Virus record (IMG/VR): IMGVR_UViG_3300042535_000023
Location: 1 to 64,000 of that record
DNA from: a virus
Reading direction: 5' to 3' (one strand)
Length of the DNA stretch: 64,000 nucleotides
Translations under genes and position numbers: made by a program
Shown: one piece after another, positions 1 through 8,531 of the stretch
Layout of the letters: every line of letters starts with the position of its first letter
Position numbering within the stretch: position 1 is the first letter of the stretch
The notes under the pieces: generated by a model
The model's input: only the letters and a program-made list of their open reading frames with translations
Database searches by the model: none
What the model was told of the DNA's origin: nothing

Positions 1-182
1 GATTTTTTAATTTCTTTAATGGCTTCATTTAAATCACCTGTTAAATCATCTTTAACTTCATACAGCTCATCAGAAAGTTTATCCACACTTTCATCTAGTT
101 TAACTAAAGAGTTAAGAACATGTTGGTACCAAGTGCGTCTTAATACATCAACTTCGGAGTTGTCTTTGGCTTCGTCTGTCAA
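1..182 (-). CDS. Partial hypothetical coiled-coil protein running off the left edge
   Basis: Read manually: TTG start at 182 after a GGGGA RBS, open to position 1 (MTDEAKDNSEVDVLRRTWYQHVLNSLVKLDESVDKLSDEL...); heptad-like composition. Confidence 0.6.
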   Translation of the reverse strand, partial: MTDEAKDNSEVDVLRRTWYQHVLNSLVKLDESVDKLSDELYEVKDDLTGDLNEAIKEIKK

Positions 183-186
183 TTTA

Positions 187-384
187 TTAATCCCCTGGTG
201 TTAATTTATTTCCACAAAAAGGACAAAAATTAATGCTTACGCCATAATTGTGTATTTGATGGTGGCTACGTTCTTCAGTCAATTCGATCCAGGAAATTAC
301 CCAGCCATAAGTTTCATGCCATTTAAAAATACTTGGATTACTATCTTTAATTCCTAACCAATCCTCACAATCACAAAATACCAT
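187..384 (-). CDS. Small Cys-containing hypothetical protein
   Basis: 65 aa, CxC near the N-terminus and C-terminal INFCPFCG typical of small phage Zn-binding proteins. Confidence 0.7.
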   Translation of the reverse strand: MVFCDCEDWLGIKDSNPSIFKWHETYGWVISWIELTEERSHHQIHNYGVSINFCPFCGNKLTPGD

Positions 385-401
385 AAAACACCAGAAAGTA
401 T

Positions 402-421
402 AGGGGCCTTGGTAGGCCCCT
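402..421 (-). terminator. Probable intrinsic terminator hairpin
   Basis: Perfect 8-bp stem AGGGGCCT-tggt-AGGCCCCT just downstream of ORF 436..921; only a weak U-tract follows. Confidence 0.65.
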
Positions 422-435
422 TACCTTTAATTTAA

Positions 436-921
436 TTATAGATTACGTGTTCCTGGAGGAGTATAACCGAACGGACCAGCAGTCCTGCCACCGAAAGTAG
501 ACCAACCCTCAGCTGGGAACTGTTTCGGGACGTTTGTGCCATCGTCAACAGAGTATCGGGTGTCAGTAACATCAAACTTAGGTGCGTCTGTGGCACTATT
601 TGACCTACGATTGCCCATCCCCATAATAGCAAATTCGTCATTACGGGTTCTCTTAACAGTTGAACCCCATACGAAAGGATTCTCAGAGTAGTCCCCTTCC
701 ATAACAAAAGGAGGAACTCCTGGATTCATAAGGGTATCTTTATCGGCGAAGCCCAAACTTGTTTGTGTATAGTCAGCAGAGCTTCTTACTCCACCAACCA
801 AAGCACCAAAATTAGACATACGCATACCAAAATTCCTACCTTGAGCTGTGATACCACCAGTCATCGTGTCGCCCAAACCAGTATGATTGATTTGAAAATT
901 ATCAAAATTATATACCGCCAT
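436..921 (-). CDS. Gly-rich hypothetical protein, possibly an abundant virion protein
   Basis: 161 aa, AGAGGAG RBS, own promoter and terminator; no family recognised. Confidence 0.75.
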   Translation of the reverse strand: MAVYNFDNFQINHTGLGDTMTGGITAQGRNFGMRMSNFGALVGGVRSSADYTQTSLGFADKDTLMNPGVPPFVMEGDYSENPFVWGSTVKRTRNDEFAIMGMGNRRSNSATDAPKFDVTDTRYSVDDGTNVPKQFPAEGWSTFGGRTAGPFGYTPPGTRNL

Positions 922-974
922 AGTTAATCTCCTCTTTTAATTTTTATAAGTTAAGTTACAAAACCTTTACTTAT

Positions 975-1003
975 ATTATAGGACACAAAATCAGATTTGT
1001 TAA
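975..1003 (-). promoter_or_regulatory. Sigma70-like promoter
   Basis: TTAACA-N17-TATAAT on the minus strand upstream of ORF 436..921. Confidence 0.6.
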
Positions 1004-1013
1004 ATTTTTATTT

Positions 1014-1304
1014 TTAAATTTCTTCTATTCCTAATTCATCCTGAATTATTTGTGCCATTAGAAATGGGTGCTCAACAAATAGACTTCTTTTCTTCTCTGA
1101 ATAATACTTAATCATATCATTGATTTTCTCATGTATTTCATCCTCAATTTCTTGATCGACAGTCAAGTTAATTACTTTCTTGTTTAAGTCAATTTGCTTT
1201 ACTTCACCGCCAGCACCATCTACAAGCTCGTGGATTTCATTAAGCATTTTTGAATCAATTTTTTCATAAAGAACCCTCAATCTTTCTTGCATATTTATCC
1301 TCAC
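1014..1304 (-). CDS. Hypothetical protein
   Basis: 96 aa ORF, ATGA overlap with upstream gene. Confidence 0.7.
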   Translation of the reverse strand: MRINMQERLRVLYEKIDSKMLNEIHELVDGAGGEVKQIDLNKKVINLTVDQEIEDEIHEKINDMIKYYSEKKRSLFVEHPFLMAQIIQDELGIEEI

Positions 1305-1537
1305 TCTATTTCATTTTTTAAAATTAAGGCCCATGAAACGTCTTCATTTTGGGTATTAGTTGTTAAGGTAATGCTCTCTCTATCATTGCACATAGGACAC
1401 TGTAGCTCTAAAATAATATTTGCACTTTCTTTCATCGGGCGAAAAAAACATCGCCCTATAGTGCCACAATCACATTTGTAGGAAATACTTGTCATATTAT
1501 TTTGTAGTATTTGCATTATTTTCCCCCAACATCGCAT
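1301..1537 (-). CDS. Small zinc-ribbon protein
   Basis: CDCG ... CPMC; true start probably the second Met (1516). Confidence 0.65.
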   Translation of the reverse strand: MRCWGKIMQILQNNMTSISYKCDCGTIGRCFFRPMKESANIILELQCPMCNDRESITLTTNTQNEDVSWALILKNEIE

Positions 1538-2469
1538 TTTAATTCATTTAAGGTGCATCCAGGTAATTGATGAACTTCGTGATGGCAGTTAACGCATAGG
1601 GTTATGCCGTTGTCCACATCACAACTTTCTATGGGATTGTTAATTACTGGGTCGATGTGGTGGGCGTGAAGTTCCGTTTCAATGTTGCTCTCCTTATTTA
1701 TACCACATTTTTGGCAGGTCCAATTATCCCTTTCTAAAACCATCTTTCTAAATTGAGGTTGCATCTCACGGGAGGTTGCTGGGGCGTAGCCTTCTGGCCA
1801 CTCTGTTTTCCAAAAAATTGGGCACGCTTGTTTACAACCATCAGAACAATAAAATCTGGCCTGGCCGGCGCCGATAACACCCTCTATAGCTCTTATACGA
1901 TTTCTAACATGGGTTTGTTTTGGTACTAATATTTTATTACAATACAAACAATTTACCCCAAGTAAATATAAGTCGCCCTGTTGTATAATATGAACCTGCT
2001 CATACTTTTCAAGTTGATGTGCGTAGGTTTTATATAAAGGTAGATTTAATTTTTTAACTCCACCCTTATATGTAGGACTTCTTTCTCCAAATTTACTTTT
2101 CCAATAACAAACCGGGCACCCGTGGTTATTTATAAAAGTATCCCAAGCTATACTATGAATATTACTACATTTTTTACACCTGTATTCTAATTTTGTTTTA
2201 CTATTAATATACTCTGTGGAAAGTAACTCTAAATTCTTTTCAAAAAATTTTTGTTTAATAAAAATTAAAGTCGGTTTAACATCCTCATTATAACAATAAA
2301 AACACCCAGTATCCTTTTTAATATTATTAAAACTCATAGAGTGGCTATGCCCTCTATCACAAATAAAATCTAATTTAATATCACTACTAACATATTCTTT
2401 AGAAAGTAGTTTCCACCCTTTCTTTTCAAACTTCCCCTTTACAAACTCATATGTCAATTTTTTGCCCAT
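1516..2469 (-). CDS. Free-standing HNH homing endonuclease with N-terminal Zn-binding repeats
   Basis: C-terminal VLERDNWTCQKCG...HAHHI...NGITLCVNCHHEVH; two N-terminal LLSxEY...C..H...GCxxC repeats. Confidence 0.85.
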   Translation of the reverse strand: MGKKLTYEFVKGKFEKKGWKLLSKEYVSSDIKLDFICDRGHSHSMSFNNIKKDTGCFYCYNEDVKPTLIFIKQKFFEKNLELLSTEYINSKTKLEYRCKKCSNIHSIAWDTFINNHGCPVCYWKSKFGERSPTYKGGVKKLNLPLYKTYAHQLEKYEQVHIIQQGDLYLLGVNCLYCNKILVPKQTHVRNRIRAIEGVIGAGQARFYCSDGCKQACPIFWKTEWPEGYAPATSREMQPQFRKMVLERDNWTCQKCGINKESNIETELHAHHIDPVINNPIESCDVDNGITLCVNCHHEVHQLPGCTLNELKCDVGGK

Positions 2470-2481
2470 AATATCTCCAAC

Positions 2482-3732
2482 TTAAAGGTCAAGTCTAAGC
2501 CTCATCATTCTAGGAAAACGCATTCTCCCATTATTTCCAAATTTTTGGTGCCTTATCTCCACAATTTTATCAATCAAATCATTTTTATCTTTATAAGTTC
2601 TTCTAAATTTTAAATCAAAGCCTGATCCTACTTTACATTCTATCCCGTTATTTTGCTCAACAACTAAAGCCAGTAACATTTCCTCAGTAAACATCCTACC
2701 ATTTTCTATCACAGGGAAATTTCCTACCACAATATTTTTTATAACACAGTCCGACTCTATTTCCTCAGAGTTGTAATTAAGGTTCCTTTTTAACTTTACT
2801 ATAGCATCCGAACGTTTGAAGTCATAGGATTTCTTGGGATCGCGTAGCATGCATCCTTCATATCCCATATCAAAATAATCACTCAGAACTTCATAAACAT
2901 GCTCATTACTTATGACTCTTTGTTCCACAGGTTTTATAAACTTTGTTTCTTCAATAGTCCAATTAGCTACTACTATTGATTTATTTTTCTGAGATAAGAA
3001 GTCTTCTGCTTGCCCAACTACAAATACGTGGTATTCAATACCTTCGGCATCTCCAGACGTAAAACTCATTACCGGACCTTGAATATCTTCAAACTTTAGC
3101 CCGTGTTTGTAGAGCTCGCCATCAAAGAATGTATATCCATACTTATTATAAAGAAATTCTAAATCTTCTTTAATATAATCTACCGTAACAAACTCATGGC
3201 CCTTTCTTGATAACATTTTCCAACTTCCATCCAATCTTAAAGCAATATTTCTAAGACCATCGAGCTTAGGGGACACTATCCACTTAGAATTCTTATATTT
3301 TTTATCTGGTGAATAGGTGTTTGCCAGCTGCACTTCAAAAATTGGAAAAATTCCTGGGTATGCTTCTAAAATTAGTTTGGAACTTATACCGCTCTGCCAA
3401 CTTTTATTAAGGATACCAACTACTAAATCTTGTGATCCCTTATCAAGTAAGGCCAACAGTTCTAAAACCCTACTCTTATTCTGCTTTGGTGATAAACAGC
3501 CCAAGCAGTCTACTATTACTGAAGTTACTTTATTATAAATTTCTTCGAAGCTAAAAGGTCCTGGTTCAGGAATATCTTGCTCTTTAATTTTAATATGATA
3601 CATAGCAAAAGGGTTGTACGTGCTCTCAATTACCCATCTCAACATATCACTATCATGACTCAGCAGTATAGCTTGCTTTTCAGCAGGCTTAGACGTGCCT
3701 TTTATTTCTTTTAATAGTGTTGATAAACTCAT
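2482..3732 (-). CDS. lig: ATP-dependent DNA ligase
   Basis: Motifs SPKLDGLR (adenylated Lys), FDGELY, YEGCMLR, KLK, KVGSGF, RFPR. Confidence 0.95.
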   Translation of the reverse strand: MSLSTLLKEIKGTSKPAEKQAILLSHDSDMLRWVIESTYNPFAMYHIKIKEQDIPEPGPFSFEEIYNKVTSVIVDCLGCLSPKQNKSRVLELLALLDKGSQDLVVGILNKSWQSGISSKLILEAYPGIFPIFEVQLANTYSPDKKYKNSKWIVSPKLDGLRNIALRLDGSWKMLSRKGHEFVTVDYIKEDLEFLYNKYGYTFFDGELYKHGLKFEDIQGPVMSFTSGDAEGIEYHVFVVGQAEDFLSQKNKSIVVANWTIEETKFIKPVEQRVISNEHVYEVLSDYFDMGYEGCMLRDPKKSYDFKRSDAIVKLKRNLNYNSEEIESDCVIKNIVVGNFPVIENGRMFTEEMLLALVVEQNNGIECKVGSGFDLKFRRTYKDKNDLIDKIVEIRHQKFGNNGRMRFPRMMRLRLDL

Positions 3733-3884
3733 TTTTTAAGTTCCTCATATCTTTTATAAATTGCTCTACGAAAATCCATATAATATCTGTCAATTAAGTA
3801 TTCAGGGTTTTCCATAACCAGGGTCAACAACCTATCTGAATCCATCTCACCTATCCATTCTATAAAATCGTCGTCATCACTCAT
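3729..3884 (-). CDS. Small hypothetical protein (51 aa), absent from the ORF track
   Basis: Read manually: MSDDDDFIEWIGEMDSDRLL...; GGAGG RBS; ATGA overlaps at both ends fill the gap exactly. Confidence 0.7.
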   Translation of the reverse strand: MSDDDDFIEWIGEMDSDRLLTLVMENPEYLIDRYYMDFRRAIYKRYEELKK

Positions 3885-4309
3885 TTAATCACCTCCAAAG
3901 TATCCCTTCTTCTCCAAATTGGTTTTATTTCTTCTAACTCTTCTGACGGAGGTGGCGGAGTATATGATTCCCTAATTGGCTCCCTACCTGCAGGCTCTAT
4001 TTCTTCCCTACTAAATAGATTTATAAACTTTTTACAGTCGCTACAATACACATCGTATATACTTGTCGTATGATATACACCAACCTCACGTGGATAGCCT
4101 ATAGGAACCCAATCTTTATGTATGCATGTCGTATCACCCACCATTACCGAAGAATCCCAAGGCTTTATACCTCTACTTTCTTCTTCGGGAGATACTAATC
4201 TACCAACTAAATTATCACATCCTCCAAAATGGCCACACTTTTTACAAATCCAACAACTGTGACAGCCTTCTTTGCTGTACTCTTTTTCTGGCTCTTTACA
4301 TTGGCACAT
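3881..4309 (-). CDS. Cys-rich hypothetical protein
   Basis: 142 aa with several CxC/CxxC motifs. Confidence 0.65.
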   Translation of the reverse strand: MCQCKEPEKEYSKEGCHSCWICKKCGHFGGCDNLVGRLVSPEEESRGIKPWDSSVMVGDTTCIHKDWVPIGYPREVGVYHTTSIYDVYCSDCKKFINLFSREEIEPAGREPIRESYTPPPPSEELEEIKPIWRRRDTLEVIK

Positions 4310-4325
4310 TTTTTATAGCCTCAAA

Positions 4326-4529
4326 CTAAAATTTAGTAATAGAATTATATTCTTCTTTAACAGCTTTAACAGCCTTTTTTAGTTCCTCGAATGTTAAAAT
4401 TATTTCAGTCCCACCGTATCCATACCCCTGTCCTGCAACAAGTAAAGATATACCAACAGTTCTATCTTTTCCATCTTGAACACATACTATCTCTTGGTCT
4501 ACTATTGAATAATCGCTAAATATATCCAT
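4326..4529 (-). CDS. Hypothetical protein
   Basis: 67 aa, GGAG RBS. Confidence 0.6.
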   Translation of the reverse strand: MDIFSDYSIVDQEIVCVQDGKDRTVGISLLVAGQGYGYGGTEIILTFEELKKAVKAVKEEYNSITKF

Positions 4530-4540
4530 AATTAAATCTC

Positions 4541-4876
4541 CTATACTAAAATTTTATGTAAAAAATATTTCGCGCTATAAAGGGATAACAAAAACTTATC
4601 GTTCCATTTAATAGTAACTCCTATTGTAACACGCCTATACTTTAATGTCAAGTAAATTAATATGCTGGTAATAATAACACAAGTTATATTGGTAATAAAT
4701 ACTGGTAAGTCTTTGATATAGTAACCGTAGTATGTATACCATAACTGGCCATGCAACACTATTAACCACATAATTAAACTTACTTCTTTGCTGGTTTTAC
4801 TTTTTATTAGCTTGTATATTTGGGGACAGCCAGATAAGGCCATACTAATTCCTACAAGTAGCATCCATGTTTTCAT
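4541..4876 (-). CDS. SemiSWEET / PQ-loop membrane transporter
   Basis: Three hydrophobic helices, PQ motif (GCPQIYK), KxSKEVS, conserved W-xx-YG and P-xxxx-N. Confidence 0.85.
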   Translation of the reverse strand: MKTWMLLVGISMALSGCPQIYKLIKSKTSKEVSLIMWLIVLHGQLWYTYYGYYIKDLPVFITNITCVIITSILIYLTLKYRRVTIGVTIKWNDKFLLSLYSAKYFLHKILV

Positions 4877-5064
4877 TTTAATTCTCCATCATCTTTTATA
4901 ACCCCAGACCTTGTTAAAATAAAACTTGCGTCAAATATACCTCGTTCAAAATCTTCTACTTCCCACACCTTATCTTCAAGACTTTGTGGAGTTTCTTCCC
5001 CACGAAGTAAAGCTCCAGCAGCATAATCATAACCAGCTATGTATTGTTTTGAGTTGGCATTCAT
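4873..5064 (-). CDS. Hypothetical protein
   Basis: 63 aa, ATGA-coupled to neighbours. Confidence 0.6.
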   Translation of the reverse strand: MNANSKQYIAGYDYAAGALLRGEETPQSLEDKVWEVEDFERGIFDASFILTRSGVIKDDGELK

Positions 5065-5246
5065 TTTGTTTTCCTCATATAATACATTAATGCTTCTGCG
5101 GCCAACAGTCTTTCATACTCAGTAAGAGTGACTGTAAAATCCTCATCCTTACCATATCTGTACAGTTTCTTCCAGGCAGAGTCTGCTGTATCAAGACGCT
5201 CTTTATGAAAATCTTCGCAATGCTTATGGTATTGTTCTGTATTCAT
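5061..5246 (-). CDS. Hypothetical protein
   Basis: 61 aa, tightly packed. Confidence 0.6.
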   Translation of the reverse strand: MNTEQYHKHCEDFHKERLDTADSAWKKLYRYGKDEDFTVTLTEYERLLAAEALMYYMRKTK

Positions 5247-5247
5247 T

Positions 5248-6024
5248 TTAGTTCCTCGATAAATTATAAAAATCTAAAATATTAACCATCACTATATTTT
5301 CTACTATATCATATTTTGGATGTTCTGTCAATGGTGAGTTTGTATTTGCATCTTCTAGCCCCGCGAAAAGTTTTTCCGCCTCGGACTTTACCTGTTCTAA
5401 AGTCCATAAACCATTCTTAACTTCAAGAAACTTCTGCGCGTCTGGCCTAAAAACTACAAGCTCGCCAGTCTTTAAGAACTCTATCCCCATAGTTAGGAGC
5501 CTAAGACAGTGGGCAGCGTTCTTTAAATCATAACCATATTTTTCTACTATGGCCTTACGCTTAGCTCCCATGTAGCCTTCGTAAACTTGTCCCTGAGACA
5601 TTTTCTTTAACTGAGAAAATGCGTAACCTGCAAAACTTTCGTAGGCTAATTTAGAAGAAAAGGCTTTTCTATTCCTAATCAATCTTTTACCAAATAGGGT
5701 TTGCATTAAGTAGTGCTCTTCATTAATCCATAACATACTCAAAACATTTGGGTTAGACTTGAGCAATAAATTAACAAACTTACGAAGTTCATAGGACACG
5801 GTATCAAATCTGCCAACAAACTTATCTATTGACTTATCATACCTTCTACCAGCTCCAAGGCCTACATAATACTTTAGGGGAGCTATATAAATGGACATAA
5901 TATCTATATCATCGATAGAATTTGGGTCTGGGTTATGCATGCCATGGGCTATACTCCCTCTATAGCCTGATAGAATAGTATTATCTGGAAACACTTCTGA
6001 TGGTATATCTTTTAATTCTAACAT
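5248..6024 (-). CDS. Pol-beta superfamily nucleotidyltransferase (RlaP/YcgL-like)
   Basis: GSIAHG...SIDDID, ELRKFVNLLLKSNPNVL, YDLKNAAHCLRLL. Confidence 0.85.
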   Translation of the reverse strand: MLELKDIPSEVFPDNTILSGYRGSIAHGMHNPDPNSIDDIDIMSIYIAPLKYYVGLGAGRRYDKSIDKFVGRFDTVSYELRKFVNLLLKSNPNVLSMLWINEEHYLMQTLFGKRLIRNRKAFSSKLAYESFAGYAFSQLKKMSQGQVYEGYMGAKRKAIVEKYGYDLKNAAHCLRLLTMGIEFLKTGELVVFRPDAQKFLEVKNGLWTLEQVKSEAEKLFAGLEDANTNSPLTEHPKYDIVENIVMVNILDFYNLSRN

Positions 6025-6034
6025 TTTAATCCTC

Positions 6035-6649
6035 CTAAATATATTCCTTTACCCCGCCAAAAGTTTTTCTATGCAAAGGACTTGGCCCATGAAGTGCTAT
6101 TGCAATTCTATGCTCTTTAGTCCCGTATCCGTGGTGTTTTTCTAATGAATACTTATCATATTTCTTAGCAAGATCTTCTATAATAGTGTCACGAGTTACC
6201 TTAGCCAATACACTTGCTGCTGCTATAGAAAGAACTAATGAATCCCCTTTAATAACTTGTTCCTGAGGAGCCTCAATATTTTCTAACAATACTGGCCCAT
6301 CTACAAAGACATAATCATATTGTTTAAGATCGTAAAGAGCTAACTTCATAGCTAATTTTGCAGCCTCACGTACATTAATCTCCTCTATAATCTTATTATC
6401 AATTATACCTATACCACAATCACAAATTGTTAAAATATCTTTTGCTAACTCCTTCCTTTTTTCGGCCGAAAGCTTTTTTGAGTCATTTACTCTACCCAAA
6501 AAAGCTTTAGCAGCATAGAAAGGTATATGAACTGCCGCGGCCACTATTGGGCCAAACAATGACCCTTCTCCAACACAATCAGTCCCAGCTACATACTTAT
6601 ACCCTTTACTTATAACTGCCTTCTCAAAATCATAAGAGGGATAATTCAT
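6035..6649 (-). CDS. rnhB: Ribonuclease HII-like protein with altered first catalytic motif
   Basis: GP(I)VAAAV, DSKKLS, VDG, KGD...IAAASVLAKVTRD, GYGT, HRKTF; DEVGRG is replaced by DCVGEG. Confidence 0.9.
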   Translation of the reverse strand: MNYPSYDFEKAVISKGYKYVAGTDCVGEGSLFGPIVAAAVHIPFYAAKAFLGRVNDSKKLSAEKRKELAKDILTICDCGIGIIDNKIIEEINVREAAKLAMKLALYDLKQYDYVFVDGPVLLENIEAPQEQVIKGDSLVLSIAAASVLAKVTRDTIIEDLAKKYDKYSLEKHHGYGTKEHRIAIALHGPSPLHRKTFGGVKEYI

Positions 6650-6676
6650 AAATTACTCCTTTTAAATACAAAAACT

Positions 6677-6766
6677 TATTAACAAATCACTTAAGTTGAC
6701 CGCGAGAAGCGCTGTTCAGTTTTCTGCCAAGCTGTGGGCGCGGCAACTTAGTTCTAAACGTTAATT
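6677..6766 (+). other. Solitary integron attC-like recombination site
   Basis: TATTAAC-AAATC-ACTTAAGT-TG-A-CCGCG...CGCGG-CA-ACTTAGT-TCTAAAC-GTTAATT: R''/L''/L'/R' layout with two extrahelical bases. Confidence 0.7.
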
Positions 6767-6773
6767 TAAAACA

Positions 6774-6802
6774 ATTATATCATATTTGTGAACCAAAGCC
6801 AA
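6774..6802 (-). promoter_or_regulatory. Sigma70-like promoter with extended -10
   Basis: TTGGCT-N17-TATAAT with TGn before the -10; would start transcription at the edge of the attC-like hairpin. Confidence 0.55.
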
Positions 6803-6849
6803 TAACTATCTGCAAATTTTTGTTAAATTCAAAAGTATATTATTGCACA

Positions 6850-7179
6850 TTACTCCGTAACTGTAGACCTAAATTGCGCCAAACAATCTGGGGCATCTAA
6901 AGAAACTGCTGGTGTAGCTACTCTATCTGCCATACGATCTGATTGTTTTGATAAAGCCTTCTTTAGTTTACTTACTGTTTTCTTACGTGTCCAATAATCA
7001 TCTGGTCGCATTGACGTTTGAACTTTTGGTCTTACGTTAACTTTTTCTGGCGCGAAAATAAAATCTTTACAAGCGCGAGACTTATTAACTTTAACTTTAC
7101 TATTTGGTTTAAGTCTACAAAAACTAGCATTTTCATAGGCACAAACTACACATTTAACTTTACCTTTAAAATCTTCCAT
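6850..7179 (-). CDS. Basic Cys-containing hypothetical protein
   Basis: Start moved to MEDFKG after AAGGAG RBS; CxxC...C...C. Confidence 0.65.
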   Translation of the reverse strand: MEDFKGKVKCVVCAYENASFCRLKPNSKVKVNKSRACKDFIFAPEKVNVRPKVQTSMRPDDYWTRKKTVSKLKKALSKQSDRMADRVATPAVSLDAPDCLAQFRSTVTE

Positions 7180-7192
7180 ATTAATTCTCCTT

Positions 7193-7378
7193 TTATTTAG
7201 CAACTATATTAAGCCAACACTCTTCTGGATGAAAATGGAGCCTTGTTAAATTAAGGCCCTCTAACTCTTTTTGAACTATAGGGAGCTGGACCATCTTCCA
7301 TCTGTTTCTTACCCAATCCTCACTTTCATCCGCTACGGAAACAATAAACTTATCATTTATAGACACCTTAATATCCAT
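7193..7378 (-). CDS. Hypothetical protein
   Basis: 61 aa, GAGGAG RBS. Confidence 0.6.
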   Translation of the reverse strand: MDIKVSINDKFIVSVADESEDWVRNRWKMVQLPIVQKELEGLNLTRLHFHPEECWLNIVAK

Positions 7379-7524
7379 TAATTCTCCTCATCATCATAAT
7401 CATCATCTTCTTCCATATCATCAAAGGATTCCCAACCACATCTCTTGCAACGAACGGCTTCCCACAAATCATTATCAACTACACTTAAACTAGGATTTCC
7501 ACACATTGGGCATTCTTCAAACAT
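7378..7524 (-). CDS. Zinc-ribbon microprotein with acidic tail (48 aa), absent from the ORF track
   Basis: Read manually: MFEECPMCG...RCKRCGWESFDDMEEDDDYDDEEN; GGAGG RBS. Confidence 0.75.
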   Translation of the reverse strand: MFEECPMCGNPSLSVVDNDLWEAVRCKRCGWESFDDMEEDDDYDDEEN

Positions 7525-7533
7525 AGTTACCTC

Positions 7534-8097
7534 CTATAATATCTCGTTCAAAGTTTTTATTTTTTTAACTCTCTTATCACTATACCAGATTCCCCAAGGT
7601 TTTGCAAGTAAAAAGTTTTGAGTTCCTGGGCTATGCTCCAACATACTTTCAATATTAGGAACATAATCATCTACAAATATATCTAAAGATAATTCTTTTC
7701 CTATTAGTCCTTTTGATTGCCCGCGAGAAATATGTGTAACACTATCAACTTTTAATTTATGCTTTTTAAGCCAAGCTTTAGTATTATTTTCTTCTCCTTG
7801 GGTGCGGGCAGTTACTATGTGTATACTATGCCCTCTTGATTTAAGTTCAGACAATGTCTTTTTTACGCCCACAAACGGTTTTGCTGACAACAAAAAGGAA
7901 GTATCTCTTGTTATAGCATCAAGGTATTCAGCTATATTTCTATTATGATATTTATTCTCTGTATAACTACACTCATAAAAATTGTAATTTTCAAAATCCT
8001 CTAAAGTTAGTTCTACCCCATAATCATTTCTTAATGAGGATAGGGCACTAGCCATTAAGGCGCAGCATACTTCATCCAAATCCAAACCTATATTCAT
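7534..8097 (-). CDS. HAD-family 5'(3')-deoxyribonucleotidase-like protein
   Basis: IGLDLDEV, IVTAR, K...IFVDD. Confidence 0.85.
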   Translation of the reverse strand: MNIGLDLDEVCCALMASALSSLRNDYGVELTLEDFENYNFYECSYTENKYHNRNIAEYLDAITRDTSFLLSAKPFVGVKKTLSELKSRGHSIHIVTARTQGEENNTKAWLKKHKLKVDSVTHISRGQSKGLIGKELSLDIFVDDYVPNIESMLEHSPGTQNFLLAKPWGIWYSDKRVKKIKTLNEIL

Positions 8098-8100
8098 ACT

Positions 8101-8316
8101 TTAATTTCCTATTAAATGCAGATACTGCTTCTCTTGTCGCTTGTTCTCCTCACTCATAGTAGGGTGTGAAGACATCACCCAACCATCCTTCTCTACTCCG
8201 GAAATAATTGACCAATCATCTTCAGAGATAATCTCATAATCACTATATCTACTATTAATTATTTCCATATCATCTGGGTACTTCTCGAGCATTTTCTTCA
8301 ATTCGGCCACATTCAT
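8101..8316 (-). CDS. Hypothetical phage protein
   Basis: 71 aa; MNVAELKKMLEKYPDDMEI is a common phage small-protein N-terminus. Confidence 0.7.
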   Translation of the reverse strand: MNVAELKKMLEKYPDDMEIINSRYSDYEIISEDDWSIISGVEKDGWVMSSHPTMSEENKRQEKQYLHLIGN

Positions 8317-8330
8317 ACTTTAATCTCCTA

Positions 8331-8501
8331 TTAATAAATACAATCACAGCGCATATAACCATAAACGTATCTGTCAATTATAGCCTCTGGTTTTGGTTTA
8401 TCGTAAATACGTTCCTTCCACTGATCAACTACTCCACAGTCAGGACACTCTTCGTAATGAAATAAATACCAATAAGACTTTTTTATTTTATTCTTTTTCA
8501 T
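8331..8501 (-). CDS. Small Zn-binding protein (56 aa), absent from the ORF track
   Basis: Read manually: MKKNKIKKSYWYLFHYEECPDCG...MRCDCIY; AAGGAG RBS. Confidence 0.65.
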   Translation of the reverse strand: MKKNKIKKSYWYLFHYEECPDCGVVDQWKERIYDKPKPEAIIDRYVYGYMRCDCIY

Positions 8502-8531
8502 ATTAATTCTCCTTATTTAATTATTTAATAC

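Noticed and set aside
6677-6766. Intrinsic terminator or tRNA reading of the intergenic hairpin
   Set aside because: Long internal loop, no clear U-tract next to the stem and no cloverleaf; the attC layout fits better
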